Made by a program: the position numbers and the translations under genes
Notes under the pieces: generated by a model
Told to the model about the DNA's origin: nothing
The model's database searches: none
Seen by the model: only the letters and a program-made list of their open reading frames with translations
From: an uncultured delta proteobacterium
Lineage (GTDB): Bacteria; Desulfobacterota; Binatia; Binatales; Binataceae
Direction: 5' to 3'
Assembly: GCA_963808235.1 (NCBI GenBank)
Contig: CAWEEQ010000004.1
Span: 2,752,001 to 2,816,000, forward strand
Length of the DNA stretch: 64,000 nt
Shown: in pieces, positions 60,669 to 64,000 of the stretch
Position numbering within the stretch: position 1 is the first letter of the stretch
How the letters are laid out: the number at the start of each line of letters is the position of its first letter

Positions 60669-62590
60669 CGGCGCGCCACCAGGAAGAGATAGTAGGCTAC
60701 GACGCCTAGTGCGCCGAGCACGTAGATGAAAACGTAGTGCTGCACATTGCCTGTCTCGACCCGACGCGCGGTCTGCCCCGACGACTGCACCATCAGCCCC
60801 GCGCCATTGGCGGCGCCGTCGATCACATCGGTGTCGATCGCGCGATTCAGGACCTGGTCAGAGACCCAAAACAGCGGACGCGTGACGATCAGATTGTACA
60901 GCTCGTCGATGTAGTACTTGCTCAACAGCAAATTGAAAACGTCTTTCATCCGCCATGCGAGGAGCATCGGGATTCCAGGTAACCGGATGTAAAAAACATA
61001 GGCGAGCATGAATCCGACGCCCGAAGCGCCGAGCGCGATCCCGGACAGCCATGCCGTGTTCGCTTCGAGTGCCGGCCTGAACGTGCCGACCGACGGAGCG
61101 AGAAAGCGCACGAACGCATTGCCCCAAAGCAGGCCGTTCGGCAATCCGACCCATCCGCCGACGATCGCGAGGAACGCGAGCACGATGAGCGGAATAGTCA
61201 TTACCGCCGGCGATTCGTGGATGTGATGCTCCTTGTCGGAATCGACGCGCGACTCGCCGAAGAAAGTCATGAACATGAGACGGAACATGTAGAAGGTGGT
61301 TAGGCCGGCGGTGATCACGCCGATCAGCCAGAGCCAGAAATGGCCGGAATCGTACGCGGCTTCGAGGATGAGGTCTTTCGAGAAGTACCCGGAAAATGGA
61401 AAGACGGCGGCGATCGCAAGCGTCGCGATCATCATCGTCCAGAAAGTGATCGGCAACTTGCGACGCAAACCGCCCATCTTATTCATGTCCTGTTCGCCGC
61501 CAAGCGCGTGCATCACCGCGCCGGCGCACAGAAAGAGCAGCCCCTTGAAGAACGCGTGGGTCATCACGTGGAAGATGCCCGACGCGAACGCGCCTGAACC
61601 CACGCCGAGAAACATGTAGCCGAGCTGGCTGATGGTCGAGTAGGCGAGCACCTTCTTGATGTCCGGTTGCACGAGCGCGATGGTTGCGGCGAAGAGCGCG
61701 GTTACCGCGCCAACCGTCGCGACAAGGTCAAGCGTGCTCGGCGCCATCGCGAAGAGAAAGCCGAGCCTCGCGATCATGTACACGCCCGCGGTGACCATCG
61801 TGGCGGCGTGGATCAGCGCGCTGACCGGAGTCGGGCCGACCATCGCATCGGGCAGCCAGACATAAAGTGGCAGCTGCGCAGATTTTCCGGTTGCGCCAAT
61901 GAAGAGCAGAAAGCAGGCCGCGGTTGCCGCACCGGCGTCGATGAGCGACGCGTGCTCGCGCAATTGAACGAAGTCGAGCGTCCAGACGCCGTGCGCGCCG
62001 AGCGTGGCGACAATCGTGAACATCCCGAGCAGGAAGCCGGCGTCGCCGATTCGATTGACTACAAACGCCTTGCGGCCGTTATAGGCAAATTGAGGATTGG
62101 TGTACCAAAATGCGATTAGTAAGTACGAGCATAGTCCCACGCCCTCCCAGCCGACAAACATCATTAGTAAGTTGTCGGCGAGAATGAGTATTAGCATCGA
62201 GAGCGCGAACAGGTTCATGTAGGTAAAGAAGCGCGCGAAGTCCTCGTCGTGCGCCATGTAGCCGACTGAGTATAGATGGATTAGTGCGCCGACTCCGGTG
62301 ACGATCATCACCATCACGCCTGAGAGCGCGTCGAGGCGCAGCCCGAGCTCGGCGTGGAATGGGCCGGCCTCGATCCATCCCCACAGGTGAACGGCGAGCG
62401 CGCTTCCGGCAGGCATCGCGAGCAATTTCACGAATGCCCACGTCGCAACGCACAGCGCCGCAAACATCACCCCTGGGCCGACCAGGTTGACCGCGCCGCG
62501 GCCGTACCTTTGCCCGAGGAACAGGTTGAACACGACGCCAAGCGCCGGAAAAAGCAGGATCAGCGCGAGCGCTGGAAACTCAACAGTCAT
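60665..62590 (-). CDS. nuoL: NADH-quinone oxidoreductase subunit L
   Basis: GWEGVG, NRIGD, GKSAQLPLYVWLPDAMVGPTPVSALIHAATMV, HAFFK. Confidence 0.97.
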   Translation of the reverse strand: MTVEFPALALILLFPALGVVFNLFLGQRYGRGAVNLVGPGVMFAALCVATWAFVKLLAMPAGSALAVHLWGWIEAGPFHAELGLRLDALSGVMVMIVTGVGALIHLYSVGYMAHDEDFARFFTYMNLFALSMLILILADNLLMMFVGWEGVGLCSYLLIAFWYTNPQFAYNGRKAFVVNRIGDAGFLLGMFTIVATLGAHGVWTLDFVQLREHASLIDAGAATAACFLLFIGATGKSAQLPLYVWLPDAMVGPTPVSALIHAATMVTAGVYMIARLGFLFAMAPSTLDLVATVGAVTALFAATIALVQPDIKKVLAYSTISQLGYMFLGVGSGAFASGIFHVMTHAFFKGLLFLCAGAVMHALGGEQDMNKMGGLRRKLPITFWTMMIATLAIAAVFPFSGYFSKDLILEAAYDSGHFWLWLIGVITAGLTTFYMFRLMFMTFFGESRVDSDKEHHIHESPAVMTIPLIVLAFLAIVGGWVGLPNGLLWGNAFVRFLAPSVGTFRPALEANTAWLSGIALGASGVGFMLAYVFYIRLPGIPMLLAWRMKDVFNLLLSKYYIDELYNLIVTRPLFWVSDQVLNRAIDTDVIDGAANGAGLMVQSSGQTARRVETGNVQHYVFIYVLGALGVVAYYLFLVARR

Positions 62591-62593
62591 CGA

Positions 62594-62896
62594 TTACCAT
62601 CTCATCAGCGTCAGTTCGTCAGCGTGGACGGTTTCGCGGTTGCGAAAAACCGAAATGATGATGCCAAGTCCGACTGCAGACTCGGCGGCCGCAACGGTCA
62701 TCACGAAAAAAACGATGACCTGCCCGTCCATCGAACCGAGCCGGCTGCCAAGGGCGACAAAAGAGAGATTGACCGCGTTAAGCATCAGCTCGATCGACAT
62801 GAACATCACCAGAACGTTGCGGCGGATGATCACGCCGGCGACGCCGATCGCGAAGATGATCGCGCTGAGCGACATCATGTAGGTAAGCGGGATCAT
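62594..62896 (-). CDS. nuoK: NADH-quinone oxidoreductase subunit K
   Basis: [25 protein letters not shown]. Confidence 0.96.
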   Translation of the reverse strand: MIPLTYMMSLSAIIFAIGVAGVIIRRNVLVMFMSIELMLNAVNLSFVALGSRLGSMDGQVIVFFVMTVAAAESAVGLGIIISVFRNRETVHADELTLMRW

Positions 62897-63468
62897 CCAG
62901 CAACTCGCGTCGATGCTTCAGCCGCCCGGATTTCGCCGGCGGCGCGTGGGTCCGACGAGCCCTGCCCTGCCGCGTTCGGGATTCTGCGCGCGAGCGCGAC
63001 TGCGCCGACCACCGCGGCGAGCAACAGCACGGAGGTGACCTCGAACGCGACCAGATAATCGGTGAACAGTTTTCCGGTCAGGCTTTCCAGCGAACCGTAG
63101 CCCGGCGGCTCTTTGGACAGTTGGATCCTGAAATGGGGTCCGCTGAGGAAAAGAAAAAGTTCGGCGGCCAGCGCAGCCGCAGCGATCGAGCCGAAAATTT
63201 TCAGCACGATATGACCAGTCGGGCCGGTTTCGACCTGAAGATTCAAAAGCCAAATCACGAACAGGAAGAGCACCATGATCGCGCCCGCGTAGACGATGAT
63301 TTGAAGGAAGCCGACCACCACCGCGTCCTCGCCGATGAAAAGGATCGCAATGATCATCAGCGTGGAAATAAGCGCGAGCAGCGAATGGATTGGGTTGCGC
63401 TGGACGATCACGCCGAGCGCGGAAACGATCGCGAGCGCGCCGAGAAAGAGATACAGGAACGGAGGCAT
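62893..63468 (-). CDS. nuoJ: NADH-quinone oxidoreductase subunit J
   Basis: [41 protein letters not shown]; ATG at 63468. Confidence 0.94.
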   Translation of the reverse strand: MPPFLYLFLGALAIVSALGVIVQRNPIHSLLALISTLMIIAILFIGEDAVVVGFLQIIVYAGAIMVLFLFVIWLLNLQVETGPTGHIVLKIFGSIAAAALAAELFLFLSGPHFRIQLSKEPPGYGSLESLTGKLFTDYLVAFEVTSVLLLAAVVGAVALARRIPNAAGQGSSDPRAAGEIRAAEASTRVAG

Positions 63469-64000
63469 CACTGCACCTTCCCGGTCGCGACGATCACGAA
63501 TGCCGTGACCAGCACGTTGAGGAGTCCGAGCGGGACCAGGCCCTTCCATCCAAGGCGCATCAACTGATCGTAACGAAAACGCGGCAGCGTCCATCGCACC
63601 ATGCCGAGGAAGATGCAAAGCACGAGCACTTTGACCAGGAACGCGACGATTCCGAGCAGAGAAATCACAAGCGCGGGGACGGCGAGGATCGCGCCGCCGG
63701 GGAAATGAAAGCCGTCGCGCATGAGCCACGGAAACTGCCATCCACCGAGAAAGAACGTGGTCAGGAGCATCGCGATCAACGCTTGCTCGGCGAGATCAGT
63801 GAGCATGAAGACCGCCTGCTTGCCTCCGGAATATTCGGTGAAGTAGCCGAGGATCAGCTCGGACTCGCTCTCCGGGAGATCGAAGGGCACGCGCTTGGAT
63901 TCCGCGACGCCGGCGACCAGAAAAATTATGAATGCGAGCGGCTGCGTGAATATTCCCCATCGCGGGAGAAATCCGAACCACACACCGCCCTGTCCGCGCA
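63468..64000 (-). CDS. nuoH: NADH-quinone oxidoreductase subunit H, C-terminal part (truncated by window edge)
   Basis: AESKRVPFDLPESESELILGYFTEYSG, RWTLPRFRYDQLMRLGWK. Confidence 0.96.
   Translation of the reverse strand, partial: RGQGGVWFGFLPRWGIFTQPLAFIIFLVAGVAESKRVPFDLPESESELILGYFTEYSGGKQAVFMLTDLAEQALIAMLLTTFFLGGWQFPWLMRDGFHFPGGAILAVPALVISLLGIVAFLVKVLVLCIFLGMVRWTLPRFRYDQLMRLGWKGLVPLGLLNVLVTAFVIVATGKVQ

Overview
This is a GC-rich, gene-dense bacterial chromosomal segment, tentatively Binatota or Deltaproteobacteria-like. That assignment is inferred only from gene content and order. Housekeeping loci include hldE, murJ, hemW, a class I lysyl-tRNA synthetase, ptsH-metK-ahcY, kdsB-pyrG-kdsA-lptC-lptA-rpoN-hpf-ptsN-rapZ, a DD-carboxypeptidase and nuoHJKLMN. 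These are mixed with flavin/CoA catabolic genes and an accessory block at about 20.9-31.2 kb. I found no rRNA, tRNA, CRISPR array, transposase or phage gene. Four genes are broken by at least five apparent single-base insertions, most likely read or assembly errors. The most notable items are: (1) a PlcP-like metallophosphoesterase coupled to an MGDG-synthase-type glycosyltransferase that reads through into an exported domain, a candidate variant phospholipid-to-glycolipid remodelling module; (2) a reduced kds/lpt/rpoN cluster lacking lptB, kdsC, kdsD, hprK and ptsI, whose LptA has a roughly 240-aa Pro/Ala/Ser linker with 12-aa repeats, and whose ptsH-metK-ahcY end appears displaced by an inversion; (3) several small, probably unannotated proteins and candidate regulatory sites, including a 41-aa basic protein, a sigma54-type promoter and a perfect 20-bp operator palindrome.
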